DNA of 64,000 nucleotides from Phocaeicola sp. (GCA_029257865.1 JARIAN010000103.1:9776-73775), one strand, 5' to 3'; positions 40,417 to 51,800 are shown, counted from the stretch's first letter. Notes: generated by a model from the sequence alone, not told the origin. Numbers and translations: made by a program.

Positions 40417-40890
40417 ATGGAAAAAACTACAGCTGCATTAGTGGAGCTAGACCACTATAAAATTGATTATAAAATTCATGAATACCCCACTATCAATGGA
40501 CCTATTGCTGCTGTTGATGTGGCAAATTATATGGGATTCTCTATAGAACGTCTGTTCAAGACCCTGGTGACCACAGACCATCATGGAGGTTATTATGTCT
40601 TTTGTCTTCCGGCAGCAAACAGAATTGACATGAAAAAAGCAGCTGAATTTGTCAATGTCAAGAATCTCACAATGCTACAGCCCGAGAAGTTTGAAGAACT
40701 GACAGGATACATACATGGCGGATGTTCCCCTTTCGGTCTGAAAACAAAATTACCCATCTATGTTGAAAAATCAGCCTTGGCATGGAAAACAATCTATATT
40801 TCAGGCGGACAAATCGGACTGACCGTAGAAATCAATCCTCAAACAATCATAGATAAACTTGGAGCTGAAGTTGGCTATTTTATAAAATAA
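40417..40890 (+). CDS. ybaK: YbaK/EbsC-type aminoacyl-tRNA deacylase
   Basis: The start was placed at MEKTTAALVELD. Contains FKTLV, YIHGGCSPFGLK and ISGGQIGL. Confidence 0.88.
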   Translation: MEKTTAALVELDHYKIDYKIHEYPTINGPIAAVDVANYMGFSIERLFKTLVTTDHHGGYYVFCLPAANRIDMKKAAEFVNVKNLTMLQPEKFEELTGYIHGGCSPFGLKTKLPIYVEKSALAWKTIYISGGQIGLTVEINPQTIIDKLGAEVGYFIK

Positions 40891-40905
40891 TTTTAGATTA
40901 TATAT

Positions 40906-41418
40906 ATGGAGTTCAAACAGTTAATAAAAGACAGATACTCATGCAGGCAGTTCTCCGACAGAGTAGTAGAAGATAATCTGATAGAACAAATAATAAATGC
41001 AGCTGGCTTAGCTCCAACGGCTGTAAATAAACAGCCGGTAAAGATTTTTTGGATGAAAACCGCCAAAGCGAAAGAAAATATAAGCCAGGCTACGAAATTC
41101 ACATTCGGTGCAAAAGATTTTCTTGTGGTTGGATACAGAAAGGATGAAGGTTGGGTCCGCTCTTATGACGGACATGCATTTGCAGAAACAGATGCAGCCA
41201 TAGTGGCTACGCACATCATGTTACAGATAGCCAACTTGGGACTAGCTACAACATGGGTGGGACATTTTGACGCATCACTGCTACAATCCATCTATCCATC
41301 TATGAAAGATTATACACTTACCGCTATTTTTCCTATAGGATATCCAGCTGTCAACGCAGAACCTTCTCCAAGTCATTTCAAACGGAAAGAACGTGAAGAA
41401 ACACTTGAAATTCTATAG
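40906..41418 (+). CDS. nitroreductase-family protein
   Basis: Begins LIKDRYSCRQFSDRVVEDNLIEQIINAAGLAPTAVNKQP, the canonical nitroreductase N-terminus. Confidence 0.88.
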   Translation: MEFKQLIKDRYSCRQFSDRVVEDNLIEQIINAAGLAPTAVNKQPVKIFWMKTAKAKENISQATKFTFGAKDFLVVGYRKDEGWVRSYDGHAFAETDAAIVATHIMLQIANLGLATTWVGHFDASLLQSIYPSMKDYTLTAIFPIGYPAVNAEPSPSHFKRKEREETLEIL

Positions 41419-41471
41419 TAATAAAATAAACTATTACAGATTGTTATTTCAATAATCCTAAGTAAATATAT

Positions 41472-43724
41472 ATGATGAAAGATAAGATTCGGGTAATTGA
41501 TGCTACACAGAATAATTTGAAACATGTTTCGGTAGAAATTCCCAAGCATCAGATAACTGTAGTTACTGGCGTTTCAGGTTCTGGAAAAAGTTCTTTGGTA
41601 CTTGATACGATAGCAGCACAGTCAAGAAGAGAGTTGAACGATACATTTCCTAGTTTTACTCAACGATACCTTCCCAAATATGGAAGACCAGCGGTAGGCA
41701 GGGTAGAAAATCTTCCTCCAGCTATCGTAATAGATCAGCGCAAACCCTCGGGACAGACTCGCTCCACAGTAGGTACTTATACTGATATATACAGTCTGTT
41801 GCGTTTGCTATTCTCACGTGTAGGACAACCTTTCGTCGGATACTCCGATTCTTTTTCTTTTAATCATCCGCAAGGAAGATGTACAAGATGTGACGGACTT
41901 GGCGAGATTACGGAAATAGATGTGCACAAGCTTGTTGATTTTAATAAAAGTCTAAATGAAGAAGGTGTTATAAATTATGTAGCCTATGAGCCGGGGCAAT
42001 GGCGTTGGTTGTATTATGGTGCTTGCGGATTGTATGATCCAAATAAGAAAATCAAAGATTTTACACCTGCCGAAATGCACCTTTTTCTTTATCAGGAGCC
42101 AATGACATTAAAAAATCCTCCAGCCGATTATTACAAGAACGGCAAGTATGAGGGACTCATGTATCGCATGAATCGTATGTTGAAACGTGATGATGCAAAG
42201 GTACACTGGAAGAAACTGGAGCCGATTGTCACGCAGGGACCTTGTCCAGAATGTCATGGAAAACGATTGAATCCAAAGATACTTTCCTGTAAAATTTGTG
42301 GCAAAAACATTGCTGATATCACACAGATGCCTCTTCTAGAAATCTTGTCATGGCTAGATGGCATCGATAACCCTATAGCTGTTGATACGAAAGCTGCTTT
42401 ACGAAATCGTATCAATGCTTTAATCAATATAGGACTTGATTACTTGACGCTTGACCGTCCTATGGGTACGCTGTCGGGGGGAGAAGCGCAACGTTGTAAA
42501 ATTGCGAAATACAACAATTCGTCTCTCTCCGATATGTTATATGTTTTAGATGAACCCAGTGTAGGACTGCATAGCCATGATATTCATCGTCTGAGCAATG
42601 CCATCTTACAACTCCGCGACCGTGGCAACACCGTACTTATAGTGGAGCATCATAAAGAAATAATGGAAATTGCCGACCATATCATCGACATGGGGCCAGG
42701 TGCGGGAACTTTAGGAGGTGAGATTCTTTTTGAAGGCTCATATCAGCAGTTATTGCACAATGATACCCTTACCGGAAGGTTATTGCGAGAACATAAAGGA
42801 GTTAAATCCAATGTCCGTAAGGCCACAGGATGGATAGACATGAAAGACCTTTCTCTTCATAACCTAAAACATATAAATGCTAGATTTCCGAAAGGGGTAC
42901 TCATGGTAATTGCTGGTGTTGCTGGTTCTGGTAAAAGTTCGCTCATGCAGGCTCTTCATAATCAGATAGGGGATGAAGTCACTTTAATCAGTCAGAAAAG
43001 TATCGGTGCGAACTTGCGCTCTACTCCGGCGACCTATCTCGGTGTGGCTGATGACATCCGAAAAATGTTCGCCAAATCAAGTCGAGAAAAAGTCGGACTG
43101 TTTTCCTTTAATGGAGAAGGTGCTTGTCCTGTATGTCAGGGAAAAGGAGTCATCATATCGGAAATGGCTTTCATGGATTCCATCGAAACAGTCTGTGAGT
43201 CTTGCGGCGGTCTCCGCTACTCAAAGGAAGCACTTCAATATCAACTGAACGGATTAAATATTGCACAGACCATGGACTTGACAGTCAGACAGGCAAGTGC
43301 ACATTTCAATGGCACAATCATCGAACAAAAGTTAAAGTCTCTTGCTGATGTTGGTCTGTTTTATCTTCACCTGAATCAGGCTTTGTCTACTTTATCTGGG
43401 GGAGAATTGCAACGAATGAAACTAGCTTCTTACTTAAATCAATCAGGACAAATCCTAGTTTTGGATGAGCCAACCGATGGACTTCACTTGCAAGATGTCC
43501 AACATATCATAGAACTATTCAACAACCTTGTAGATAAAGGCAACTCATTATTTCTGATTGAACATAACCTAGAAGTACTTAAAGCAGCTGACTATGTGAT
43601 AGAAGTCGGTCCGGGAGGCGGAAATGAAGGTGGTAAAATCATATTTGAAGGGACACCTGAAGAAATGCTTTCAAACAAAGATTCGGTAACCTCTCCGTAT
43701 TTAAGAAATAGCTGTAAACTATAA
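41472..43724 (+). CDS. UvrA-like ABC ATPase lacking the UvrB-binding domain (class II UvrA / DrrC-Ecm16-like)
   Basis: 750 aa, with two ABC modules and Zn-finger CxxC pairs (CTRCDG, CPECHG, CPVCQG, CESCGG). It goes from LLFSRVGQPFVG directly to FSFNHPQGRCTRCDG. The canonical copy at 19731 has a ~150-aa insert at that point. Confidence 0.9.
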   Translation: MMKDKIRVIDATQNNLKHVSVEIPKHQITVVTGVSGSGKSSLVLDTIAAQSRRELNDTFPSFTQRYLPKYGRPAVGRVENLPPAIVIDQRKPSGQTRSTVGTYTDIYSLLRLLFSRVGQPFVGYSDSFSFNHPQGRCTRCDGLGEITEIDVHKLVDFNKSLNEEGVINYVAYEPGQWRWLYYGACGLYDPNKKIKDFTPAEMHLFLYQEPMTLKNPPADYYKNGKYEGLMYRMNRMLKRDDAKVHWKKLEPIVTQGPCPECHGKRLNPKILSCKICGKNIADITQMPLLEILSWLDGIDNPIAVDTKAALRNRINALINIGLDYLTLDRPMGTLSGGEAQRCKIAKYNNSSLSDMLYVLDEPSVGLHSHDIHRLSNAILQLRDRGNTVLIVEHHKEIMEIADHIIDMGPGAGTLGGEILFEGSYQQLLHNDTLTGRLLREHKGVKSNVRKATGWIDMKDLSLHNLKHINARFPKGVLMVIAGVAGSGKSSLMQALHNQIGDEVTLISQKSIGANLRSTPATYLGVADDIRKMFAKSSREKVGLFSFNGEGACPVCQGKGVIISEMAFMDSIETVCESCGGLRYSKEALQYQLNGLNIAQTMDLTVRQASAHFNGTIIEQKLKSLADVGLFYLHLNQALSTLSGGELQRMKLASYLNQSGQILVLDEPTDGLHLQDVQHIIELFNNLVDKGNSLFLIEHNLEVLKAADYVIEVGPGGGNEGGKIIFEGTPEEMLSNKDSVTSPYLRNSCKL

Positions 43725-43732
43725 GACACTTA

Positions 43733-43780
43733 AGAATTCTCTTCCTGTTAATCATACAGGCAGGATGAGGATTCTTTCTT
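43733..43780 (+). terminator. terminator after the UvrA-like gene
   Basis: AGAATTCTCTTCCTG...CAGGATGAGGATTCT pairs at 13 of 15 positions and is followed by TTCTT. Confidence 0.65.
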
Positions 43781-44036
43781 CAAAACATCTATTTTCTTCA
43801 AAGCTAAAAGATACCTACTACCTATAACAGAGTATGGGATATACACATACGAAATCTATATCTATCCATTATAGTTTTCACCACATTTATTTTGGTAAAT
43901 ATCGGTAGAGTAACACAAATTTTGATTCTTTTATCCTTTATAATCTTGCCAACGGGTTATCTTTATGAAGATATTTTCTCTTTCCGCATTTTTTTAGTAA
44001 GTTTGCCTTATACAAACTTATAAATAAATTACAGCT

Positions 44037-44669
44037 ATGGATGAACACTATGTGATTAATCTGGGACGCCAGCTAGGTAGTGGCGGAAAAGAGATAGGGG
44101 AGAAATTGGCAAAAGAACTAGGTATCTCATTCTATGATAAAGAACTTATCAATCTAGCATCAGACGAAAGTGGTCTTTGCCGGGAGTTTTTTGAAAAGGC
44201 TGATGAAAAAGCTTCACAAAGTATTTTAGGGGGACTTTTCGGAACACGTTTCCCTTTCATTACGGAAGGAGCTTATCCATATAATTCATATTTAAGCAAC
44301 GACTCACTCTTTAAAATACAGAGCGATGTCATCAAACATCTCGCCAAAGAGAAATCGTGCTTGTTTGTAGGACGATGCGCCGACTATATCTTGCGTGACT
44401 TTCCAAGATGTGTCAATGTCTTTATCTCCGCTTCTCCTGAAGCTCGTATCAAACGCTTGATGGAAACCATGAGTATTGACGAGGAGGAAGCAGAAGAGCT
44501 AATGGAAAAAGCAGATAAGAAACGCTCTGCTTATTATAATTACTACAGCTACAATACATGGGGGGCTGCAGCCACTTATCATCTATGTATAGACTCTTCG
44601 GTATTGGGTATTGACGGCACAGTTGAATTTGTGAAAAACTTCGTCAAATTGAAACTGCAACTGCCATAA
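44037..44669 (+). CDS. cytidylate kinase-like family protein
   Basis: INLGRQLGSGGKEIGEKLAKELGISFYDKELI. A TAAGTTTG box lies at 43998-44005. Confidence 0.85.
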   Translation: MDEHYVINLGRQLGSGGKEIGEKLAKELGISFYDKELINLASDESGLCREFFEKADEKASQSILGGLFGTRFPFITEGAYPYNSYLSNDSLFKIQSDVIKHLAKEKSCLFVGRCADYILRDFPRCVNVFISASPEARIKRLMETMSIDEEEAEELMEKADKKRSAYYNYYSYNTWGAAATYHLCIDSSVLGIDGTVEFVKNFVKLKLQLP

Positions 44670-44684
44670 GTTGATACTCCTATT

Positions 44685-44739
44685 CAAAGAAATCCCAGCC
44701 ACCAAACTCTAGTTTAACAGGGTGACTGGGATTTCTTTG
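44685..44739. terminator. bidirectional terminator between convergent genes
   Basis: AAAGAAATCCCAGCCACC...GGGTGACTGGGATTTCTTT, with about 17 of 18 stem pairs. Confidence 0.7.
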
Positions 44740-44751
44740 TTTATATCATTT

Positions 44752-46827
44752 TCACTCTCTTGGCAACCTTACTTCGGCATCTCCCTTTTGAAGCAGATAC
44801 TGATAAAAATCATACTGAGCACGTACTTTCGGCTCATGAGAAGTGCGCTTGAATAAGTTATGAAGTTCACTGTCTACCCAACAGGCCTTCCAGTTGGCAG
44901 CAAGTTGAATCTGAAGCATATCCACCAACTCCTGCTTCAAATCCTTATCCAAAACCGGAGTAATTGCCTCTATACGACGATGCAAATTGCGACGCATCCA
45001 GTCGGGAGAACCTAAGAATAATTTCGGATTGCCGTCATTGCCAAAATACCACACACGAGCATGCTCCAAAAAACTATCTACAATACGGGTTACGCGAATG
45101 TTTTGACTAAATGTCTTTCCCGGCATCAAACAACAGATACCTCTTACTATCAAGTCTATCTGTACCCCTTCCTCGCTGGCATGATATAGTTCATCTATCA
45201 TTCCTAAATCCTGCAAAGCATTCATCTTCAGCACAATTCTCCCCACCCTTCCTTGCCTTGCCAACCATATCTCATGATGAATCAGTTGTTTAAGTTCCGG
45301 CAACAGATTGAAACGTGCTACTAGCAAACGCTTGAAATGAGGTTCATCCAACTCTTTCCTCAAATAGAGAAATAAGTTATGAAGGTCATCCACCATTATC
45401 CGATTGCAAGTATACAGAGCAATATCAGAATATATTTTGGCTGTCTGCTCGTTGAAATTACCTGTACTAATATATGCATAACTGCGTATCTGCTCTCCTT
45501 TCTGATTGCGACGAAGCACCAATGCCACTTTGGCATGTACTTTAAGCCCCGGGATACTGAAAAAAATCTGGATGCCAGCTTTACGCATCAGTTCGGCCGT
45601 AGCCATATTGTTTTCTTCATCAAAACGAGCCTTCAACTCTACAAAAACAGTTACTTTCTTACCGTTTTGCGCCGCAGCAATCAATGCATTGATTACTTCT
45701 GAATGTTCAGCTACCCGGTATTGTGTAATCATGATTTCACTACATAAAGGGTCGTGTACTGCTTCATGAAGGAAACGAATAAAATGGTCAAAGCTATGAT
45801 ACGGATAATGCAACAGCAAATCCCGCTTCGCTATACGACGAAACATATAATGTGGCATATCCAACCCCTTCAGGCACAAAGGAAGCGGCTTCTTCAATGA
45901 TTCAACACTCGGATTAGGAGATGGAAGGTGAGAGAGATCTTCCAGATTCAGATGACAATCACCCGGCACTAGCTCCTCCTCGTCCACATGAAACACCTGC
46001 ATCAAGAAACACAGAAAGTCGGAAGGCATATTACGGTCGTATACAAAACGTGCTATCGCTCCTATCTTGCGCTTCTTCACTTTTTCTTTCAGTTCTGCCA
46101 CCATCTGCTCGGCAGGCACATCATCTACAAAGACATCGGCATCTCGTGAAATCTTACAACAATAGCTACATACCACCTCATAGCCTATAAAGATTTCATC
46201 AAGGTTGGCTTGAATAATATCCTCCAAAAACATCAGATAATAATCCTCTCCCACTCGAGGAAGCTCTACAAAACGACTGACCTTGATATAAGGCATCTTG
46301 ATTATAAAATGCTCATACTTCCCCTCACTCAATGTACGCACTCTCACCGCCAGATATAGCCTTTTGTCGCGCAAAAACATACGCACCTTGTCTTCTTCTA
46401 TCTTGACAGGTTGCAGATACGGAAACACCTCCTCCATAAAGAAACGATGAATAAAAGCACGATGACCTTCTCCTATTTCCTGATAGCTTTGAAAAAACAC
46501 AATATGATTTCGCCTCAACTCTGGAAGAATCTTCTGCTCATAAATACGAATACGATCTTCCAGCTGCTGATTGACGATGGAAGTGATTTCTGCTATCAAG
46601 GCTTTGGCTTGCGGTATGGTCATATCCTCACTCTTCCCTCCCGAAGCCACAGCGCGGTGTTCTGCTACACGTACCTTGAAAAACTCCTCCAAGTTAGATG
46701 AATAGATGGAGATAAAATTGATACGCTCATAAAGCGGAAGAGTATCATCATCGGCCTCTAGAAGTACACGATGGTTAAAAGATAGCCAACTGATATCACG
46801 ATTAAAGTATTGATAGTGTTTTTCCAT
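44752..46827 (-). CDS. ppk1: polyphosphate kinase 1
   Basis: Begins YFNRDISWLSFNHRVLLEA. Has two PLD-like HKD-type C-terminal domains (VHAKVALV). Confidence 0.96.
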   Translation of the reverse strand: MEKHYQYFNRDISWLSFNHRVLLEADDDTLPLYERINFISIYSSNLEEFFKVRVAEHRAVASGGKSEDMTIPQAKALIAEITSIVNQQLEDRIRIYEQKILPELRRNHIVFFQSYQEIGEGHRAFIHRFFMEEVFPYLQPVKIEEDKVRMFLRDKRLYLAVRVRTLSEGKYEHFIIKMPYIKVSRFVELPRVGEDYYLMFLEDIIQANLDEIFIGYEVVCSYCCKISRDADVFVDDVPAEQMVAELKEKVKKRKIGAIARFVYDRNMPSDFLCFLMQVFHVDEEELVPGDCHLNLEDLSHLPSPNPSVESLKKPLPLCLKGLDMPHYMFRRIAKRDLLLHYPYHSFDHFIRFLHEAVHDPLCSEIMITQYRVAEHSEVINALIAAAQNGKKVTVFVELKARFDEENNMATAELMRKAGIQIFFSIPGLKVHAKVALVLRRNQKGEQIRSYAYISTGNFNEQTAKIYSDIALYTCNRIMVDDLHNLFLYLRKELDEPHFKRLLVARFNLLPELKQLIHHEIWLARQGRVGRIVLKMNALQDLGMIDELYHASEEGVQIDLIVRGICCLMPGKTFSQNIRVTRIVDSFLEHARVWYFGNDGNPKLFLGSPDWMRRNLHRRIEAITPVLDKDLKQELVDMLQIQLAANWKACWVDSELHNLFKRTSHEPKVRAQYDFYQYLLQKGDAEVRLPRE

Positions 46828-46900
46828 AACATCCAGGTTCTAGTTTTCCCAAATGTACTATCTTTGTCCGACAATTCCAAATGAATCATTATTACGCAAA

Positions 46901-47392
46901 ATGAAAAAAATCGGACTTTTATCGGATACACATGGCTATTGGGACGAAAAATACCTAAAGTATTTCGAATCATGTGATGAAATCTGGCATGCCGGAGATA
47001 TCGGCTCACTTGAAGTAGTAGAAAAACTGCAACAATTCCGACCCTTAAGAGCCGTATATGGCAATATAGACGGACAACAGATGCGACAAATGTTTCCTTG
47101 CACCACCCGTTTCCATATAGAAGATGCCGAAGTGATTATGAAGCATATCGGCGGCTATCCGGGTAAATATGACTTGTCTATTAAAGAGGAGCTGATTGCC
47201 AATCCGCCTCAACTGTTCATCAGTGGGCACTCTCATATTCTGAAAGTTAAGTATGACCCCCAACTGAAACTGCTACATATCAATCCCGGAGCTGCCGGTA
47301 AATATGGATTCCATACCGTAAGGACACTCGTAAGATTCTCTGTCCATCAAAGTGTCTTCTCTGATTTGGAAGTCATTGAATTAAACGACTAA
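46901..47392 (+). CDS. YfcE-like metallophosphoesterase
   Basis: The start was placed at MKKIGLLSDTHGYW. Contains HAGDIG and GHSH. Confidence 0.85.
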   Translation: MKKIGLLSDTHGYWDEKYLKYFESCDEIWHAGDIGSLEVVEKLQQFRPLRAVYGNIDGQQMRQMFPCTTRFHIEDAEVIMKHIGGYPGKYDLSIKEELIANPPQLFISGHSHILKVKYDPQLKLLHINPGAAGKYGFHTVRTLVRFSVHQSVFSDLEVIELND

Positions 47393-47453
47393 TTTTTTGC
47401 CGAATTAAAAAATCTTTCCGAAATTTGCGTGTTGAAATAAAGCGACATATTAT

Positions 47454-48593
47454 ATGAAAACTTATCTAGTGACAGGAGCAGCCGGATTTATCGGAGCAAA
47501 CTACGTTAAATATATCTTATCCAAACATGAAGATGTAAGAGTAGTTATACTTGATGCATTAACCTATGCAGGTAATTTAGGTACCATAGCTAAGGATGTA
47601 GATAATGACCGATGCTTTTTTATTAAAGGAAATATCTGCGACAAGGATTTGGCAGACCAATTGTTTTCTGACTACCGATTTGACTATATCGTCAATTTTG
47701 CAGCCGAAAGCCATGTGGACCGCAGCATAGAAGACCCTCAGCTTTTCCTCCAAACAAACATTTTAGGCACTCAGAACCTACTGGATGCAGCACGACGTGC
47801 ATGGGTTACCGGGAAAGACGAGCATGGATATCCTACTTGGAGAAAGGAGGTAAAGTTCCATCAAGTTTCTACCGATGAAGTCTATGGTTCCTTGGGTAAA
47901 GAAGGATTCTTCACCGAAGAAACTCCTCTTTGTCCACATAGTCCATATAGTGCTTCAAAAACTAGCGCTGACTTGATTGTCATGGCATATCACGACACTT
48001 ATAAAATGCCTGTCACTATCACACGTTGCTCTAATAATTATGGAGCATACCAATTCCCAGAAAAACTGATACCTTTAATTATCAAAAATATATTGGAGGG
48101 AAAACGCCTGCCTGTATATGGCGATGGAAGTAATATACGCGACTGGCTATATGTAGAAGACCATTGCAAAGCTATAGACTTAGTAATACGCAAAGGAAAA
48201 AATGGCGAAATCTACAATGTGGGCGGACATAACGAACGACAGAATATTGAGATAGTAAAACAAACCATTGCCACTATCCATCGCTTGATGACTGAAAATC
48301 TGGAATACCGCAAGATACTTAAAAAGAAGGAACTGGATGAAAACGGAGAAATCAAGATTGACTGGATTAATGACTCCTTGATTACTTTCGTAAAAGACCG
48401 ATTAGGACACGACCAAAGATATGCTATTGACCCTACTAAAATCACTCGTGAATTGGGATGGGAACCGGAAACTAAATTTGAAGATGGTATTGTTAAAACC
48501 ATTATTTGGTATTTGGAAAACCAAGATTGGGTAAAGAGTGTAACTAGCGGTGATTATCAAAACTACTATGAAAATATGTACAAAAACCGATAA
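47454..48593 (+). CDS. rfbB: dTDP-glucose 4,6-dehydratase
   Basis: Contains VTGAAGFIGANY, the YSASK catalytic motif and RYAIDPTKI. Confidence 0.95.
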   Translation: MKTYLVTGAAGFIGANYVKYILSKHEDVRVVILDALTYAGNLGTIAKDVDNDRCFFIKGNICDKDLADQLFSDYRFDYIVNFAAESHVDRSIEDPQLFLQTNILGTQNLLDAARRAWVTGKDEHGYPTWRKEVKFHQVSTDEVYGSLGKEGFFTEETPLCPHSPYSASKTSADLIVMAYHDTYKMPVTITRCSNNYGAYQFPEKLIPLIIKNILEGKRLPVYGDGSNIRDWLYVEDHCKAIDLVIRKGKNGEIYNVGGHNERQNIEIVKQTIATIHRLMTENLEYRKILKKKELDENGEIKIDWINDSLITFVKDRLGHDQRYAIDPTKITRELGWEPETKFEDGIVKTIIWYLENQDWVKSVTSGDYQNYYENMYKNR

Positions 48594-48619
48594 CTCTTAC
48601 CATACATAATATTTTTTAG

Positions 48620-48658
48620 AAAAGCCTCTTGACTACTTGGTTTGTCAAGAGGCTTTTT
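48620..48658 (+). terminator. intrinsic terminator after rfbB
   Basis: AAAAGCCTCTTGAC-TACTTGGTTT-GTCAAGAGGCTTTT forms a perfect 14-bp stem, followed by T. Confidence 0.85.
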
Positions 48659-48765
48659 GATTTATTTGACATTTAGTAAGTATTTTAATAAATATACAGA
48701 CAATAAAGTATCTTTTCCACCTAAAATAATTCTTGAAAAAATTCCTTATTTCCAAGAATTCTAAA

Positions 48766-48773
48766 TACCTTTG
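48766..48773 (+). promoter_or_regulatory. -7 box TACCTTTG upstream of the GH31 gene
   Basis: Exact TAnnTTTG match, about 90 nt upstream of the ATG at 48863. Confidence 0.5.
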
Positions 48774-48862
48774 CCCCACTTATAATTGACTGATGTTTTT
48801 ACCTTAAAAACAAAACATCTAGAAGTTATTAAACTTAAATCAAACTATAATAAATTCAAATC

Positions 48863-51800
48863 ATGAAAAATAACCAATCAAGAATATTGAAATCAATGGT
48901 ACTTGCGTTGTCTATACCTCTGACAGTAGCTGGGGTACCTAGTTACAATATTACTACAAACTCTTTGGATGGTACTGAAACTTCTCCACAACAACGTATC
49001 GTTTCTATCAACCAGTTGAATCCTACCTCTTTTGAAGTTATCCTGCAAAACAACCAGCGAATGACTTTCGACTTTTACGGAAATAATATTTTCCGCATTT
49101 TCCAGGATAATAATGGAGGCATTATCAGAAACCCTCAAGCCCAACCTGAAGCACAGATTTTATTGGACAACCCTAGAAAAACGGTACAGTCGTTAACTGC
49201 TGAAGACAAAGGGGGAGAGATTATTATCTCTACCGAACGAATCCTGATTACATTAGACAAAAACACCGCATTGATGTCTATAAAAGACCTTAAAACCAAC
49301 AAGGTAGTAATGGAATCATTGGCTCCTGTGGCTTTTGACAAGGATAAAGTGACTATCACACTGAAAGAACATGACAAGGAATATTTTTATGGAGGAGGAG
49401 TGCAAAACGGACGCTTCTCTCATAAGGGTAAAGCTATTGCCATTGTCAACCAAAACAGTTGGACAGATGGAGGAGTAGCTTCTCCTACTCCTTTCTATTG
49501 GTCTACCAATGGATATGGCATCTTGTTCCATACTTTCAAAAAGGGAAACTACGACTTCGGAGCCAAACAGAAAGGGGTTGTCAAATTATCTCATGAATCG
49601 GACTACCTGGATATGTTCTGCATGGTAGGCGACGGAGCTGTTGAAAACCTAAACAATTTCTATCAGTTGACTGGTAATCCGGTGTTACTCCCTAAATTCG
49701 GATTTTTTCAAGGACACTTGAATGCTTATAACCGCGACTACTGGCAAGAGGATGAAAAAGGGATTCTTTTTGAAGATGGAAAGAAATATAAAGAAAGCCA
49801 GAAGGACAATGGTGGAGTCAAAGAATCACTGAATGGGGAAAAAGGAAACTACCAGTTCTCCGCCCGTGCCGTTATCGACCGATACAAAGCTCATGACATG
49901 CCTTTGGGATGGCTCTTGCCTAATGACGGATATGGTGCAGGGTATGGTCAGACCGGCACTTTGGACGGAAATATCCAGAACTTGAAGGAACTGGGTGACT
50001 ATGCACGCAAAAACGGAGTGGAAATCGGACTCTGGACTCAATCTGACCTGCATCCGAAAAAGGAGGTGGAACCGTTGTTGCAGCGTGACATCATCAAAGA
50101 AGTGCGCGATGCGGGAGTACGTGTCTTGAAAACCGACGTGGCATGGGTAGGTGCCGGATATTCATTTGGACTGAACGGAGTGGCTGATGTAGGACAAATT
50201 ATGCCGTACTACGGCAACGATGCACGCCCGTTCATCATTTCTCTTGACGGATGGGCTGGAACACAGCGATATGCCGGAATATGGTCAGGCGACCAGACTG
50301 GAGGTGAATGGGAGTATATCCGTTTCCACATCCCGACTTACATCGGTTCCGGACTTTCCGGACAGCCTAACATTACTTCAGACATGGACGGCATTTTTGG
50401 TGGAAAGAACGTACCGGTCAACGTACGCGACTTCCAATGGAAAACCTGGACTCCTATGGAACTGAATATGGACGGATGGGGAGCTAACCCTAAATATCCG
50501 CATATCTTGGGTGAACCGGCTGCCTCTATCAACCGTATGTATCTGAAGCTGAAATCGCAGTTGTTGCCTTACTCTTACAGCATTGCCAAAGAAGCAGTTG
50601 ATGGTCTTCCTATGATTAGAGCCATGTTCCTGGAATATCCTAACGAATATACTCTCGGTAAATCGACCCAATATCAATACTTGTTCGGACGTGACTTCCT
50701 GGTGGCACCTATCTACCAAAATACTCAGGCTGATGAAAAAGGCAACGATATACGAAACGGAATCTACTTGCCTGAAGGCGAATGGGTGGACTATTTCACT
50801 GGGGATGTCTATCAAGGCGGACGTATCATCAACAACTATGAAGCACCGTTGTGGAAACTGCCTGTCTTTGTACGTCGCGGTGCCATCATTGCCATGAACA
50901 ATGCAGGAAACAATGTGTCTGAAATCGACAAGAGCCTGCGTATTTACGAGGTATATCCGTTCCGGCATAATGAAACTACCGAATATGACGATGATGGTAT
51001 CACTGAATCTTACAAGAGAAAACAATGTGCTACTACGGTCATTGAATCTGAATTGAACGACAAGCAAGAAGCTACTGTCACCATTCATGCTACCAAGGGC
51101 GACTTCAACGGATTTGTCAGAGAAAAGGCTACCGAACTCCGCATCAACCTGACTGCAAAACCGAAAGCGGTTGTTGCCAAAGTGGGAGGAAAGAAGGTGA
51201 AACTGGCAGAAGTGGCTTCCTTGGATGAGTTGAACCGAAGCGAAAACTGCATCTATTATGAAGAGGCGCCTGATATGAACCAGTATGCTACTCCCGGCAG
51301 CGAATTTGCTTCTGTAAAAATTATAAAGAATCCGGTATTACATGTAAAACTGGCAAAAACAGACATCACTCTTACACCGGTTACTGTCACTGTAAAGGGA
51401 TATGAATACGATACTACCGAACAGTTGCTGCAATCTCAGGGCAGCTTGCAGGCACCAAATGCAACTTTCCAAGAAGGGGATATCCAGGCATATACCTTAA
51501 AACCTACTTGGAGCAAGGTAGCCAACGCCGACTTCTATGAAATCAAACTGAATGGTATGATCTATAGCACCATCAAAGACAATTCTCTACTCTTTGAAGG
51601 TCTAGAAGCTGAAAAAGAATATCAGTTTGCTATCCGTGCTGTTAACAAGGACGGATATTCAGAATGGAAAGAATTCTCTGCCACTACCAAACCGAATCCT
51701 CTGGAATTTGCTATCCACGGATTGTCGGGTGAATGTTCTGCTCCTAGCCAGTTCGGCACTGAATGTATGTTCGATTTCCACGAAACAGGCGACATCTGGC

